In this document: positions 11,240 to 21,089 of the stretch, piece by piece
How the letters are laid out: the number at the start of each line of letters is the position of its first letter
How positions within the stretch are numbered: position 1 is the first letter of the stretch
NCBI GenBank assembly: GCA_964391355.1
Contig: CAYMJY010000003.1
Coordinates: 200 to 64,199, forward strand
Length of the DNA stretch: 64,000 nucleotides
Source of the DNA: an uncultured Dehalococcoidia bacterium
GTDB lineage: Bacteria; Chloroflexota; Dehalococcoidia; Lucifugimonadales; Australimonadaceae
Direction: 5' to 3'
Notes under the pieces: model-generated
The model's database searches: none
The model's input: the letters and a program-made list of their open reading frames with translations, nothing else
What the model was told of the DNA's origin: nothing
Program-made: the position numbers and the translations under genes

Positions 11240-13018
11240 GTGTTTAACCCTGAAACTACAATAAAAGTTGTGACTGGAATTCCAATCCTAATGCGGGATG
11301 GAACAATATTACGAGCTGATCTATATAGGCCAGATGCTCCTGGTAAGTATCCTGTTGTTCTGGAGCGAACCCCATACGATCGGTCTGAACGCCGAGGAAA
11401 CCATATAGTACTTCCAGTCCAAGTTGCACAAAGAGGGTACGCAGTGGTCATCCAAGACGTTCGTGGGCGTTATGATTCAGAAGGTGAATTCAATCCCTTC
11501 CACCAAGAAATAGAGGACGGATACGACACTTTGGATTGGTGTTCAAAACAAGAATGGTCCAATGGAAAGACTGGGATGTTTGGGGGTTCATATGTAGGTG
11601 CAACACAATGGTTGGCAGCTATCAGTAAGCATCCATCGCTGACTTGTATTGTTCCTTCGGTTACTTCTGACGATTATTATGAAGGGTGGACTTACCAGGG
11701 AGGTGCTTTATCTCTAGGCTTTGTAAGCTCTTGGTCGATGTTCGCTCTGACTTTGCAAAACTTAAAAAATCTAATTAAAAACAACAAAGCCACAGAATTA
11801 GATGGTGTGTCGTTAATTGAAGCTATTGATTCAATGCCGCTGTCTTTAAAAAAGGCACCAGCTGCGTTCCTTCAATATTTGAATTCAGATATAGCTCCTT
11901 ATTATTATCAGTGGACAGCTCATCCTGAAAATGATTCGTATTGGCGATCAATCAGTATTGCGGAACATCATGGAGAAATAAGCACTCCTGCTTTAAATAT
12001 TGGTGGCTGGTTTGATATTTTCCTTAGTGGTACCTTGCGCAACTTCACTGGGATGCAATCGAGGCTTGATTCGAATGATGCTCACAAAACACAAAAACTA
12101 ATTATTGGACCGTGGTCACATACCACTATTGCAGCTGCGGCATCGGGGTCTCAATACTTTGGTCAAAATGCTTCGCATCATGGGGTTGATCTTTTCCATG
12201 AGCACTTGGACTGGTACGATCGCTGGTTAAAAGATGAAATCAACGACGAAATTTCAGACTACCCAGTAAGAATTTTTGTGATGGGTGAAAATGTTTGGAG
12301 GTCTGAGGATAATTGGCCTTTGGAGCGAACGGAATATGTTGAATTATATTTGCACTCCAATGGTGACGCTAATACTGCTGGAGGAGATGGTGAACTTAGT
12401 ACAGTCCCGCCACTCGATGAGCCAAATGATTTTTACACTTTTGATCCTGATAATCCTGTTCCGACCTCTGGTGGTGGACTTTGTTGCTATCCATCGTTAT
12501 TACCGGGAGGACCATTTGATCAGACTTTTATAGAAAATAGGGCCGATGTTCTCTGTTACACAACGCTTCCAATGGTTGAGGATGTGGAGGTCACGGGGCA
12601 CATAGAGTTGATTTTGTATGCTTCTAGTACCGCTTTAGACACGGATTTCACGGCAAAATTAGTCGATGTTTGTGAACAAAACGATTGTGCAATTGGCTTA
12701 ACTGATGGGATTATCAGAGCAAAGTACAGAGATAATACTAGTATAGCCTCATGTCTTAACCCTGGAGAAACATACAAATTTAAGATTGATCTAGGAGCTA
12801 CAAGCAATTTATTTAAAAAAGGACACCGGATTAGGCTGGAAGTTTCGAGTAGTAACTTCCCGAGATTTGAACCTAACGTAAATAATGGAACAACATCAGC
12901 TTTTTCTTGGGAAAAAGAAAAAGCTGAACAGAAAATTTTTCATAACAACGAGTTCCAATCCAGGCTAATAATACCCTTTATTCCTCGAGAAATTTCAAAA
13001 AACAAGCATACCCCATAG
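11240..13018 (+). CDS. CocE/NonD family alpha/beta hydrolase (S15 X-Pro dipeptidyl-peptidase-like)
   Basis: 592 aa with MRDGTILRADLYRP, nucleophile elbow GGSYVG and a C-terminal beta-sandwich region (RIRLEVSSSNFPRF). GTG start. Confidence 0.8.
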   Translation: MFNPETTIKVVTGIPILMRDGTILRADLYRPDAPGKYPVVLERTPYDRSERRGNHIVLPVQVAQRGYAVVIQDVRGRYDSEGEFNPFHQEIEDGYDTLDWCSKQEWSNGKTGMFGGSYVGATQWLAAISKHPSLTCIVPSVTSDDYYEGWTYQGGALSLGFVSSWSMFALTLQNLKNLIKNNKATELDGVSLIEAIDSMPLSLKKAPAAFLQYLNSDIAPYYYQWTAHPENDSYWRSISIAEHHGEISTPALNIGGWFDIFLSGTLRNFTGMQSRLDSNDAHKTQKLIIGPWSHTTIAAAASGSQYFGQNASHHGVDLFHEHLDWYDRWLKDEINDEISDYPVRIFVMGENVWRSEDNWPLERTEYVELYLHSNGDANTAGGDGELSTVPPLDEPNDFYTFDPDNPVPTSGGGLCCYPSLLPGGPFDQTFIENRADVLCYTTLPMVEDVEVTGHIELILYASSTALDTDFTAKLVDVCEQNDCAIGLTDGIIRAKYRDNTSIASCLNPGETYKFKIDLGATSNLFKKGHRIRLEVSSSNFPRFEPNVNNGTTSAFSWEKEKAEQKIFHNNEFQSRLIIPFIPREISKNKHTP

Positions 13019-13038
13019 GACTTAAGGGGCTTTACTAG

Positions 13039-13044
13039 TATAAT
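13039..13044 (+). promoter_or_regulatory. -10-like TATAAT box upstream of rpmF
   Basis: Perfect TATAAT 33 nt before ATG 13078. No good -35 (TAGGAC). Confidence 0.3.
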
Positions 13045-13077
13045 TGTCAATTCCAAAGACAAATGAAGGTAATTGAT

Positions 13078-13269
13078 ATGGCACCACTTCCCAAGAGAAA
13101 GCGTTCGAAAGCCAGTAGTAGATCACATAGAGCCAATGGGCCTCAGGCACAATCCAACATTGTGGAATGCCCCCATTGTCACAAACCTATGAGGACTCAC
13201 AGAGTTTGTCCTTCTTGTGGGTTCTATAAAGGTAGGGATGTATTAGGCATCGAATCTGACTTGTCTTAG
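13078..13269 (+). CDS. rpmF: 50S ribosomal protein L32
   Basis: MAPLPKRKRSKASSRSHRA and zinc ribbon CPHC...CPSC. GAAGGT SD before ATG 13078; the ORF opens at 13063. Confidence 0.9.
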   Translation: MAPLPKRKRSKASSRSHRANGPQAQSNIVECPHCHKPMRTHRVCPSCGFYKGRDVLGIESDLS

Positions 13270-13274
13270 CTCCT

Positions 13275-14195
13275 ATGAAAAAGACTGCCTTAGTTTTTCC
13301 AGGCCAAGGTTCGCAAACTGCAGGTATGGGCTATCAACTGTACGAGGCCTCTGCTGCTGCGAAAGAAGTTTTTAAAGCAGCAAATAGTGCACTTGGTTTC
13401 GACCTTACCGCTTTGATTTTCGAAGGATCAAACGAAGACCTAACAAGATCATATAATGCACAACCGGCCATACTTACCGTAAGTATGGCCTACTTAAAAG
13501 CACTAGAAGAGCATCATGGGGAAATCACCACCAGAGTAGCATTACTGGCAGGTCACAGTTTGGGTGAATACTCTGCCCTTGTTGCTGCACAATCTTTGAC
13601 ATTAGACCAGGCACTACGCATAGTAAGACGCCGTGGAGAATTGATGCAGATAGCCTCAAATACAAACCCTGGTGTGATGTTTGCACTTATTGGAGTTGAC
13701 TTTGACGATGCAAAATTGATTTGCGAAAAAACAAGTTCCTATATTGCAAACGTCAATAGCCCTTCACAGATTGTTATTGGAGGTACCGAAGTTGCAGTTG
13801 GTAATGCGATTTCAATTGCGAAAGAATATGGACTAAGAAGAGCGATTCAGCTCGAAGTTTCTGGTGCATTCCATACCAATTTGATGCTTCCTGCACAAAC
13901 CGAATTGAGTAAAGAACTCGATGCATTGAATATAAATCCTGCGAAAATACCGGTTGTATCAAATTCCGCTGCCATGATCATTGAACACCCGGATCAGATT
14001 AGGGATGAGTTGAAAATCCAGATATGCTCCGCCGTACTTTGGAGCCAATCAGTAAAATTAATGGTTAGCAGTGGCATAGAGAGGTTCATTGAGTTGGGGC
14101 CTGGGGCTGCTTTAACAGGATTATCTAAGCGCATAGCACCATCGATCGATGCTATTAACATTCAAGACCTAGACTCAGTAAAAGAGCTCGCGTAA
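13275..14195 (+). CDS. fabD: ACP S-malonyltransferase
   Basis: FPGQGSQ and the active-site block GHSLGEYSAL. Confidence 0.93.
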   Translation: MKKTALVFPGQGSQTAGMGYQLYEASAAAKEVFKAANSALGFDLTALIFEGSNEDLTRSYNAQPAILTVSMAYLKALEEHHGEITTRVALLAGHSLGEYSALVAAQSLTLDQALRIVRRRGELMQIASNTNPGVMFALIGVDFDDAKLICEKTSSYIANVNSPSQIVIGGTEVAVGNAISIAKEYGLRRAIQLEVSGAFHTNLMLPAQTELSKELDALNINPAKIPVVSNSAAMIIEHPDQIRDELKIQICSAVLWSQSVKLMVSSGIERFIELGPGAALTGLSKRIAPSIDAINIQDLDSVKELA

Positions 14196-14247
14196 CCTAA
14201 TTCAATGAATTCTTAGACTGGTGCTTGCAATTACAATTTGGTGGTAG

Positions 14248-14739
14248 ATGAACGAAGAAATTCCTGGATCTGAAAACTCAAGCAGTAACTTAAATGGAGA
14301 TTCATTGCAACTAGGCGTTAGATCCTTGAGAAAAGGTAGAGCCCTTGCATTGCAGATTCTTTACGAAGCTGACGTAACAACTCATGACTGGGGAATTTCC
14401 TTGGAGTACCACGCTAGTTTGCGTAATTACACAACACCAATTACTGAATTTGCTAAAAGAATGATCGCAGGTGTTTTGCAAGATATAGCAGCATTAGATG
14501 CAGAAATTGAGCGTTTTGCTCCTAATTACCCCATTCAACAACTTTCTGTTGTAGATAGAAATGTACTACGCTTGGCGTTGTATGAAATACGTAATGACGC
14601 ACACACTCCGCTTAAGGTCATAATTAATGAGGCTGTAGAGATTGCAAAAACCTACGGAAGTGAGGCTTCCTATAAATTTGTGAATGGCGTTTTAGGTTCC
14701 CTTTTGGAAGATAAACACAACACACAAAAATACAAATAA
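14248..14739 (+). CDS. nusB: transcription antitermination factor NusB
   Basis: [19 protein letters not shown] and KFVNGVLG blocks. Roughly 30-aa Ser/Asn-rich N-terminal extension. Confidence 0.85.
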   Translation: MNEEIPGSENSSSNLNGDSLQLGVRSLRKGRALALQILYEADVTTHDWGISLEYHASLRNYTTPITEFAKRMIAGVLQDIAALDAEIERFAPNYPIQQLSVVDRNVLRLALYEIRNDAHTPLKVIINEAVEIAKTYGSEASYKFVNGVLGSLLEDKHNTQKYK

Positions 14740-14749
14740 GGAGAAGCAT

Positions 14750-15007
14750 ATGGCAAGTGTTCTTGATAGGGTTCGAGCAGTAGTAGTCGATAGATTAGGT
14801 GCAGATGAAAGCTCTGTTACCCCTGAAGCTTCCTTCATGGATGACTTGAACGCAGATTCATTGGATTTGGTTGAATTGATTATGGCATTCGAAGAAGAAT
14901 TTTCTGAAGGAAGTGAATCCTTGAAAATTTCTGATGAAGACGCTGAGAATATTAAAACTATTCAAGATGCTGTGGACTTCATTAAGGGTAAAGGTTATTC
15001 CGATTAG
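14750..15007 (+). CDS. acpP: acyl carrier protein
   Basis: 85 aa with phosphopantetheine site [28 protein letters not shown] upstream. Confidence 0.93.
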   Translation: MASVLDRVRAVVVDRLGADESSVTPEASFMDDLNADSLDLVELIMAFEEEFSEGSESLKISDEDAENIKTIQDAVDFIKGKGYSD

Positions 15008-15022
15008 TGTATTGAGTCTCTA

Positions 15023-15691
15023 GTGCGTTTTGCTACGGCGGAGGATCTTTTGGCTGAATTGATTGATATACAAAATCGCATTGATTCTTGCTTTAACTGT
15101 GCCTTATCTAAATCCAGAACTAATACTGTACCTGGTCAGGGTTCTTCAACCGCTAAGATAATGTTTGTAGGAGAAGGCCCAGGTTTTAACGAGGATCAGA
15201 GTGGCAAGCCTTTTGTCGGCGCAGCTGGACAGTTTCTTGATGATTTACTATCGTCAATCGAACTCTCACGTGAAGACGTGTTCATTACAAACCTGGTTAA
15301 ATGCCGACCACCCAATAATCGCGATCCGTACCCCAAAGAGATCGATTCATGTTCTAATTTTCTTGATGCTCAAATTGAAGTCATAAAACCTCTCGTCATC
15401 GTTCCACTTGGTAGGCATGCATTGAGCCGTTGGTTCCCAGGAGAAACAATAGGTAAAGTTCGTGCAAAAGAAAGATTTTTCGACGGAACGTATGTTATGC
15501 CTCTATACCACCCAGCTGCTGGCTTACATAATGGGGGATTAAGGTCCACCATATATGCTGATTTTCAAAAGTTGAAAACATTCATTGAATCTCTTGGCTG
15601 TGATGGCCAAATTAATGAAACTAAATCGGCAGTTACAACTTCTAGTAGCCATACAACTACTGATGATGGCGAACAACTGAATTTATTCTAA
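15023..15691 (+). CDS. uracil-DNA glycosylase, family 4
   Basis: GEGPGFNEDQSGKPFVGAAG and YHPAAGL motifs. GTG start. Ser/Thr-rich tail ending in QLNLF. Confidence 0.88.
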   Translation: MRFATAEDLLAELIDIQNRIDSCFNCALSKSRTNTVPGQGSSTAKIMFVGEGPGFNEDQSGKPFVGAAGQFLDDLLSSIELSREDVFITNLVKCRPPNNRDPYPKEIDSCSNFLDAQIEVIKPLVIVPLGRHALSRWFPGETIGKVRAKERFFDGTYVMPLYHPAAGLHNGGLRSTIYADFQKLKTFIESLGCDGQINETKSAVTTSSSHTTTDDGEQLNLF

Positions 15692-15761
15692 AAACTCCAG
15701 ATCCCCTTGTTTGACAGCTATATTTGATCACGAAACGTACCGATTCGCGTAACATGCCTTT

Positions 15762-17426
15762 ATGCAAACTTCAATTAAAATTCTACCGCTAGGGGGCTTA
15801 GGAGAAGTCGGCAAGAACATGATGGTAATTGAATCATCTGATGACATAGTCATTGTCGACTGCGGTGTAATGTTCCCTAAACCTGAGATGCTAGGTGTTG
15901 ATCTCGTCATACCAGACATTAGCTATTTGCTAGAGCGTAAACATAAAGTTAAAGCTTTTCTCATAACTCATGGCCATGAAGATCATTTGGGTGCATTACC
16001 TCTTATTTTACCTAAGCTTAATGTTCCAATTTTCGCCCCGCCAATCGCATATGATTTGGCCAAAGTGAAACTCGATGAATTTGCGCTTTTACACAGCGCC
16101 AAAATTACTGAAGTGCAGCCAGGTGAAGTGCTTGAATTAGGTGCGCTTTCTGTAGAATTTTTCCGCGTATGCCATAGTATCCCTGATGCTTGCGGAATCG
16201 CGATTACCACACCCATAGGCCTGATAATACATACAGGTGACTTTAAGATCGACCACACGCCGGTTGACGGAAAGCGTTTTGATTTAGCCAGAATTGCACA
16301 AATGGGAAGCCAAGGTGTTTTACTCTTGATGTCTGATTCAACTTACGCAGAAATGCCAGGGTATACGGATTCAGAGCAAATAGTAAGCCATGCGTTAAAG
16401 CATGTGATAGCAGATTCGTCTGGTCGAGTAATAATCGCTACTTTTGCTTCTTTGATATCGCGTATTCAACAGATTATAGATGCTGCTGTTGCCAATGATA
16501 GATATGTATCAGTCGCTGGTAGAAGCATGACGAACAATACTAAAATGGCTTTCCAGAAAGGTTATTTAAAAGCACCAAAAAGCGTTGTGATCGACATCGC
16601 AGAAATCGAAAAATACCCAGAGTCACAGCAAGTAATTATCATCACTGGAGCTCAGGGCGAACCCACCTCTGTTCTGACCCGTATAGCATATGGGCGCCAT
16701 AAAGAAATTAAGCTTGCCCCAGCAGATACGGTCGTTCTTTCAGCGTCTACAATTCCAGGAAACGAAACCGTTGTAGCTAAAACTGTCGACCAGCTAGTGA
16801 GGCAGGTTTCAAGCGTGATTACCCCGCGCCATGCAAAAGTACATGTGAGGGGGCATGGTAGCCAAGAAGAATTAAAGTTAATTTTAAATTTAGTTAAGCC
16901 TAAGTATTTTGTCCCTATCCATGGCGAATATCGCATGCTGGCAGCACATGCTGCCTTGGCGGAGTCAATGGGAGTACACCAGCAAAACATTTTCATACTT
17001 GAAGACGGTGACTTATTGGAAATAAATGAAACCGATGCAGAGGTAGTTGATAAAATCCCCGCTGAGCATGTATTTGTAGATGGTTTAGACTGGTTGGAAT
17101 TTGATAATCCTGTAATAGGCGAACGAAAGAAGCTCTCCAAGAACGGCTTTGTGTTGGTAGTAGCCCCATTCAACCCAATCAAAGGCGAATTTGATGGGAA
17201 ACCGAAAATCACAACAGCAGGCCTTATTGATCAAGATAAAGTCGAAAATTTGAAGACGATTACCTCAGAGTTCTTGTCAGCAGAATTAATAAGAAATATT
17301 GATAAACCGATCGATATCTCGGAAGCGAATCGGCTCATCAAAAAGCTTGTGTCATCTTTCATTTACGAACATACTGGACGGCGTCCAATGGTTATACCAG
17401 TCACGTTAGAGGTCGAACCCGGATGA
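15762..17426 (+). CDS. rnj: ribonuclease J
   Basis: IKILPLGGLGEVGKNM, metallo-beta-lactamase motif THGHEDHLG, and beta-CASP plus C-terminal domain length of 554 aa. Confidence 0.93.
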   Translation: MQTSIKILPLGGLGEVGKNMMVIESSDDIVIVDCGVMFPKPEMLGVDLVIPDISYLLERKHKVKAFLITHGHEDHLGALPLILPKLNVPIFAPPIAYDLAKVKLDEFALLHSAKITEVQPGEVLELGALSVEFFRVCHSIPDACGIAITTPIGLIIHTGDFKIDHTPVDGKRFDLARIAQMGSQGVLLLMSDSTYAEMPGYTDSEQIVSHALKHVIADSSGRVIIATFASLISRIQQIIDAAVANDRYVSVAGRSMTNNTKMAFQKGYLKAPKSVVIDIAEIEKYPESQQVIIITGAQGEPTSVLTRIAYGRHKEIKLAPADTVVLSASTIPGNETVVAKTVDQLVRQVSSVITPRHAKVHVRGHGSQEELKLILNLVKPKYFVPIHGEYRMLAAHAALAESMGVHQQNIFILEDGDLLEINETDAEVVDKIPAEHVFVDGLDWLEFDNPVIGERKKLSKNGFVLVVAPFNPIKGEFDGKPKITTAGLIDQDKVENLKTITSEFLSAELIRNIDKPIDISEANRLIKKLVSSFIYEHTGRRPMVIPVTLEVEPG

Positions 17427-19798
17427 GGATATTTAGCTTACGTTCAAATTGGAGGATTTATGCAACTCTCACAGGAGCGCTGCTGATAATCTACGCGGTT
17501 TTAGCTATCTTCTTCCCTTCATGGTTTTCTAGCAACTCTAAGAGCATTTTGACTGCAGTTTTTGAATTTTCAGGTTTGGCTATTTTGCCATTTGGAATCT
17601 GGATCGTTGCATTACTAATATTTTTAAGATATCGACCAGCTAGGTCAGTAAGCAACTGGCGATACATTTTGTTGTCCCTAATGTTATGTGTCTCATCATT
17701 TGGAATAATGACTCAATTCGAGACCAACTTACCATATAGTGTTGGATTGGTGAGTTTTGGAGGTTCCATAGGGATTGAAATTTTCGGCCCAAACATGTTC
17801 TATGGTTTTGCTGTTTCAATTTTAATTGCTATATTGGGATTCTGGATTGGTTTTCCTCGGTTGGGAAATCGACTCGCTAAGCTAGTTCTGAAAAGGTCAG
17901 CACTCTCGCTAAAGTGGCTTACACCTCGATTCATAACCGGGATCAGGGTAGCTTCGTACTATTTTGCCATTGCACTTACGCGCCTGATTTTTCAATTCTA
18001 TAAGGCTATGGGTGCACTCTACATATTCATTAAAAAAACCTTCACCCCTGAAGAACGACCTGCAGATTCATACATTGAACCAGAAAAGGAAGCCCCTACT
18101 CACCTTGCTGATGATACGCATTTAGACTCAAAAACGGATACGAACCTTGCGTTTAGCAAATCCTCATCAGAGCTTACTCAATTGGGTGAAGAAATTGACT
18201 CACTCAATGGTTCTAGTGCGCATAAACAAAATCAAGAGACCAGTGGCACCAGGAATTCCAATGTTGAGTCATCGAGCCTTGTATCAAAAGATTTTAAAGA
18301 GTACCCCTTGCCTCCAGTTGAACTTTTAGAGCCTGTACCGCTTATAGAAAGTAGTGAAAGTGAGCATGAATTAACTGCTAGGCTGATAGAAGAAACACTT
18401 GCTCAGCACGGTGTAGAAGTTTCAGTTGCAGAAATTCGCCCTGGCCCAACAGTAACGATGTTTGGTTTGGTCCCTGGGTGGAATCGCAGCACCCGAAAAA
18501 CTGCTTCACAATTTCAATCAGAACCAAAAGTGGAGACCAGAAATAGAGTAAGAGTAGATTCAATACTTGCTAGAGAAAAAGATTTAGCACTAGCTCTTGC
18601 AGCACCTAGTCTCCGAATAGAAGCCCCAGTGCCCGGAGAATCTGTAGTAGGTGTCGAAGTTCCCAATAAGTCTTTGCAGGGAATTAATATCCGATCTGTC
18701 GTTGAGTCTGAACAGTTCAAATCTATAGTCCAAAAAGGGGGATTACCAGTTGCACTAGGCCAAGCCAGTGCAGGGGAACCCGCAGCTATTGACCTGTTGT
18801 CTATGCCCCATCTTTTAATTGCTGGAGCGACAGGAAGCGGAAAAAGTGTGTGTATAAACAGCGTGCTCTCATCGCTGATATTAAGCCAACAACCGAGTTC
18901 AGTTAGGCTCTTACTAGTTGACCCAAAGCGAGTTGAACTCACCCCCTATAATGGGATTCCGCATTTGATAACACCAGTAATTGTAGATGCCGACAGGGTT
19001 GTAACATTCTTACGTGGTGCCATAGCTGAAATGCTTCGCAGGTATGAATTGTTGGAAATGGCAGGTGTGCGAAACCTTCAGTCATACAATAAAAGTCCTC
19101 GCGCTACTGAATTCATGCCCTACATAGTTATTTGCATAGATGAATTAGCGGACTTGATGATGACTTCTGCATTTGATGTAGAACAGAGCATTTGCAGGTT
19201 AGCGCAACTTGGTAGAGCTACAGGGATTCATATGGTTGTTGCGACCCAAAGACCTTCAGTGGATGTTGTAACTGGTTTGATCAAGGCTAACTTCCCCAGC
19301 AGAATTTCATTTGCTGTTGCCTCTCAAGTCGATTCCAGAACGATTTTGGACACCTCAGGTGCAGAACGATTATTAGGTAGAGGAGATATGCTTTTTTTGT
19401 CTTCAGATTCACCAAAACCTCGTAGAGTACAAGGAGCTTACGTATCGGAGTCAGATACCGAAGCTTTAGCGAATTACTGGAAAATCATTGATACTCCGGA
19501 TGTCCCTGAAATTGACCTTGAATACCTCGCCATTAAATCAGAAAGGGAGGGAGCTCGATTGACTAATAGCTCGAATTCTAGCAGCACTCACCTTTCTGAA
19601 GGGTCGCTTTATGAACAAGCAATTGACTTGGCCTCCAGAGAAAGGCAACTTTCTACTTCTTTACTTCAGAGGCGTCTACGCATCGGGTATCCTCGTGCGG
19701 CGAGACTGATGGACCAACTTGAAGATGAAGGGATTGTGGGACCTAACATTGAACCAGGTAAACCACGCCCTGTTCTGTACACTCCGGACTTAAATTAG
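17423..19798 (+). CDS. ftsK: DNA translocase FtsK/SpoIIIE
   Basis: N-terminal TM segments, low-complexity linker, Walker A GATGSGKS, Walker B IVICIDELADL and the gamma winged-helix (LLQRRLRIGYPRAARLMDQLE). ATGA overlap with rnj. Confidence 0.93.
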   Translation: MRIFSLRSNWRIYATLTGALLIIYAVLAIFFPSWFSSNSKSILTAVFEFSGLAILPFGIWIVALLIFLRYRPARSVSNWRYILLSLMLCVSSFGIMTQFETNLPYSVGLVSFGGSIGIEIFGPNMFYGFAVSILIAILGFWIGFPRLGNRLAKLVLKRSALSLKWLTPRFITGIRVASYYFAIALTRLIFQFYKAMGALYIFIKKTFTPEERPADSYIEPEKEAPTHLADDTHLDSKTDTNLAFSKSSSELTQLGEEIDSLNGSSAHKQNQETSGTRNSNVESSSLVSKDFKEYPLPPVELLEPVPLIESSESEHELTARLIEETLAQHGVEVSVAEIRPGPTVTMFGLVPGWNRSTRKTASQFQSEPKVETRNRVRVDSILAREKDLALALAAPSLRIEAPVPGESVVGVEVPNKSLQGINIRSVVESEQFKSIVQKGGLPVALGQASAGEPAAIDLLSMPHLLIAGATGSGKSVCINSVLSSLILSQQPSSVRLLLVDPKRVELTPYNGIPHLITPVIVDADRVVTFLRGAIAEMLRRYELLEMAGVRNLQSYNKSPRATEFMPYIVICIDELADLMMTSAFDVEQSICRLAQLGRATGIHMVVATQRPSVDVVTGLIKANFPSRISFAVASQVDSRTILDTSGAERLLGRGDMLFLSSDSPKPRRVQGAYVSESDTEALANYWKIIDTPDVPEIDLEYLAIKSEREGARLTNSSNSSSTHLSEGSLYEQAIDLASRERQLSTSLLQRRLRIGYPRAARLMDQLEDEGIVGPNIEPGKPRPVLYTPDLN

Positions 19799-19809
19799 GC
19801 ACTTGTTCT

Positions 19810-21081
19810 ATGCAAGATATCCACGCCAAAATAGCTAAAAAGTTACCTTTTTATTATGGATGGTTGATTGTCGGAGCACAATTTTCAGCTGTAATGGCAA
19901 CAGCAGGACCTACCACTTGGGCGTTTGGGGTATTTGCTATACCCATGGAAGAAGAATTGGGTTGGTCAAGGGGAACGTTATTTGGAGGGATAACTGTCCG
20001 TATGATAATCGGAGTGGTACTCATGCCATTCGCTAGTCGACTGATGGATAATCCTCGATGGCCTTTGATCATAATGTTATTCACGAGTGTAACTTATGCT
20101 GTTTCGCTGATGCTTGTTTCGGTCGTAGAGACAGTGTTCCAGTATTATTTAATAACAGGGCTTTTAGGAGGATTGAGTGCTGCAGGAGCAAGTGGAGGGC
20201 TGTATCAAGCACTTACTCCAAAATGGTTTATTTCAAAAAGAGGAAGGGCAGTCGCTTTTGGGACTATGGGATCCTCTTTAGCCGCGTTGACTTCTCCTCT
20301 ATATGTTGGTTTTTTCGTAGACACATTTGGATGGCGCCCTGCATGGCTTTTGACTGGTGCTTTGATGTTTTTTGTCATGGTTCCCTTTGCATTAATAGTT
20401 CGCCGCCAACCAGAGGATATAGGTCTGTTGCCAGATGGTGTGACTAATACGATAAAACCTGGCGGTAAGAGACCCCAAATTATTGATGATTTGAGCTTCA
20501 CAGTTTCACAAGCTGTTAAATCTCCGACCACATGGTTTTTGGTTATTGCAACAATTTTAATTTCAGGCTCATTGCAAGGACTCGGTTCTACTTGGATTAA
20601 TAATTATAAGGATTCGGGATTAACTGACGAGTCTGCAAGGATTGCTGTCTCAACTTACGGACTTTTTGCGATTGTTGGGCGAATCACATGGGGATTACTG
20701 TCTGAAAAAATACATATACGCAAAGTATTCCTATTTGCTTGCTTAACTACAGGAATACCATTGCTTTTGTTAATGCGAGTAGATTCATTAATGGGAGCTA
20801 TGTTATATGCGGCACTAGCTGGGCTAACTTTAGGTGGATACGTTTCTGTTCAGCCGTTGATATGGGCTAATTTCTTTGGCAGGAAAAATTTAGGTGCAAT
20901 AAGAGCCTACTTTGCCACACCTTCGTTGTACGCCGCCGCTGCAGGACCTTGGTGGATAGCCATGGTATACGATAGTTTTGGCAGCTATAACCTAGCTTAT
21001 TGGGTTATGTTTTTCGGGTGGTTGTTAGCAGCAACTCTTGTCTATATTGCGCGACCATTAAAAGTCAAAATTGAGAAGTAA
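19810..21081 (+). CDS. MFS transporter
   Basis: 423 aa with about 12 predicted hydrophobic helices and a central hydrophilic loop. Substrate unknown. Confidence 0.75.
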   Translation: MQDIHAKIAKKLPFYYGWLIVGAQFSAVMATAGPTTWAFGVFAIPMEEELGWSRGTLFGGITVRMIIGVVLMPFASRLMDNPRWPLIIMLFTSVTYAVSLMLVSVVETVFQYYLITGLLGGLSAAGASGGLYQALTPKWFISKRGRAVAFGTMGSSLAALTSPLYVGFFVDTFGWRPAWLLTGALMFFVMVPFALIVRRQPEDIGLLPDGVTNTIKPGGKRPQIIDDLSFTVSQAVKSPTTWFLVIATILISGSLQGLGSTWINNYKDSGLTDESARIAVSTYGLFAIVGRITWGLLSEKIHIRKVFLFACLTTGIPLLLLMRVDSLMGAMLYAALAGLTLGGYVSVQPLIWANFFGRKNLGAIRAYFATPSLYAAAAGPWWIAMVYDSFGSYNLAYWVMFFGWLLAATLVYIARPLKVKIEK

Positions 21082-21089
21082 AGCTTTTG

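Noticed and set aside
15711-15716. Perfect TTGACA upstream of rnj, and another at 3695-3700 upstream of lipA, considered as -35 boxes
   Set aside because: No acceptable -10 hexamer lies at 16-19 nt spacing (AACGTA for rnj, TATTCG for lipA), so the promoter calls are not supported.
16652-17212. A 186-aa antisense ORF inside rnj, with similar antisense ORFs at 4644-5132, 18514-18942, 3034-3450, 2563-2937, 44761-45153 and 50833-51198
   Set aside because: All lie fully within genes that have strong family signatures on the other strand. They have no start context or recognisable motifs, so they are shadow ORFs.
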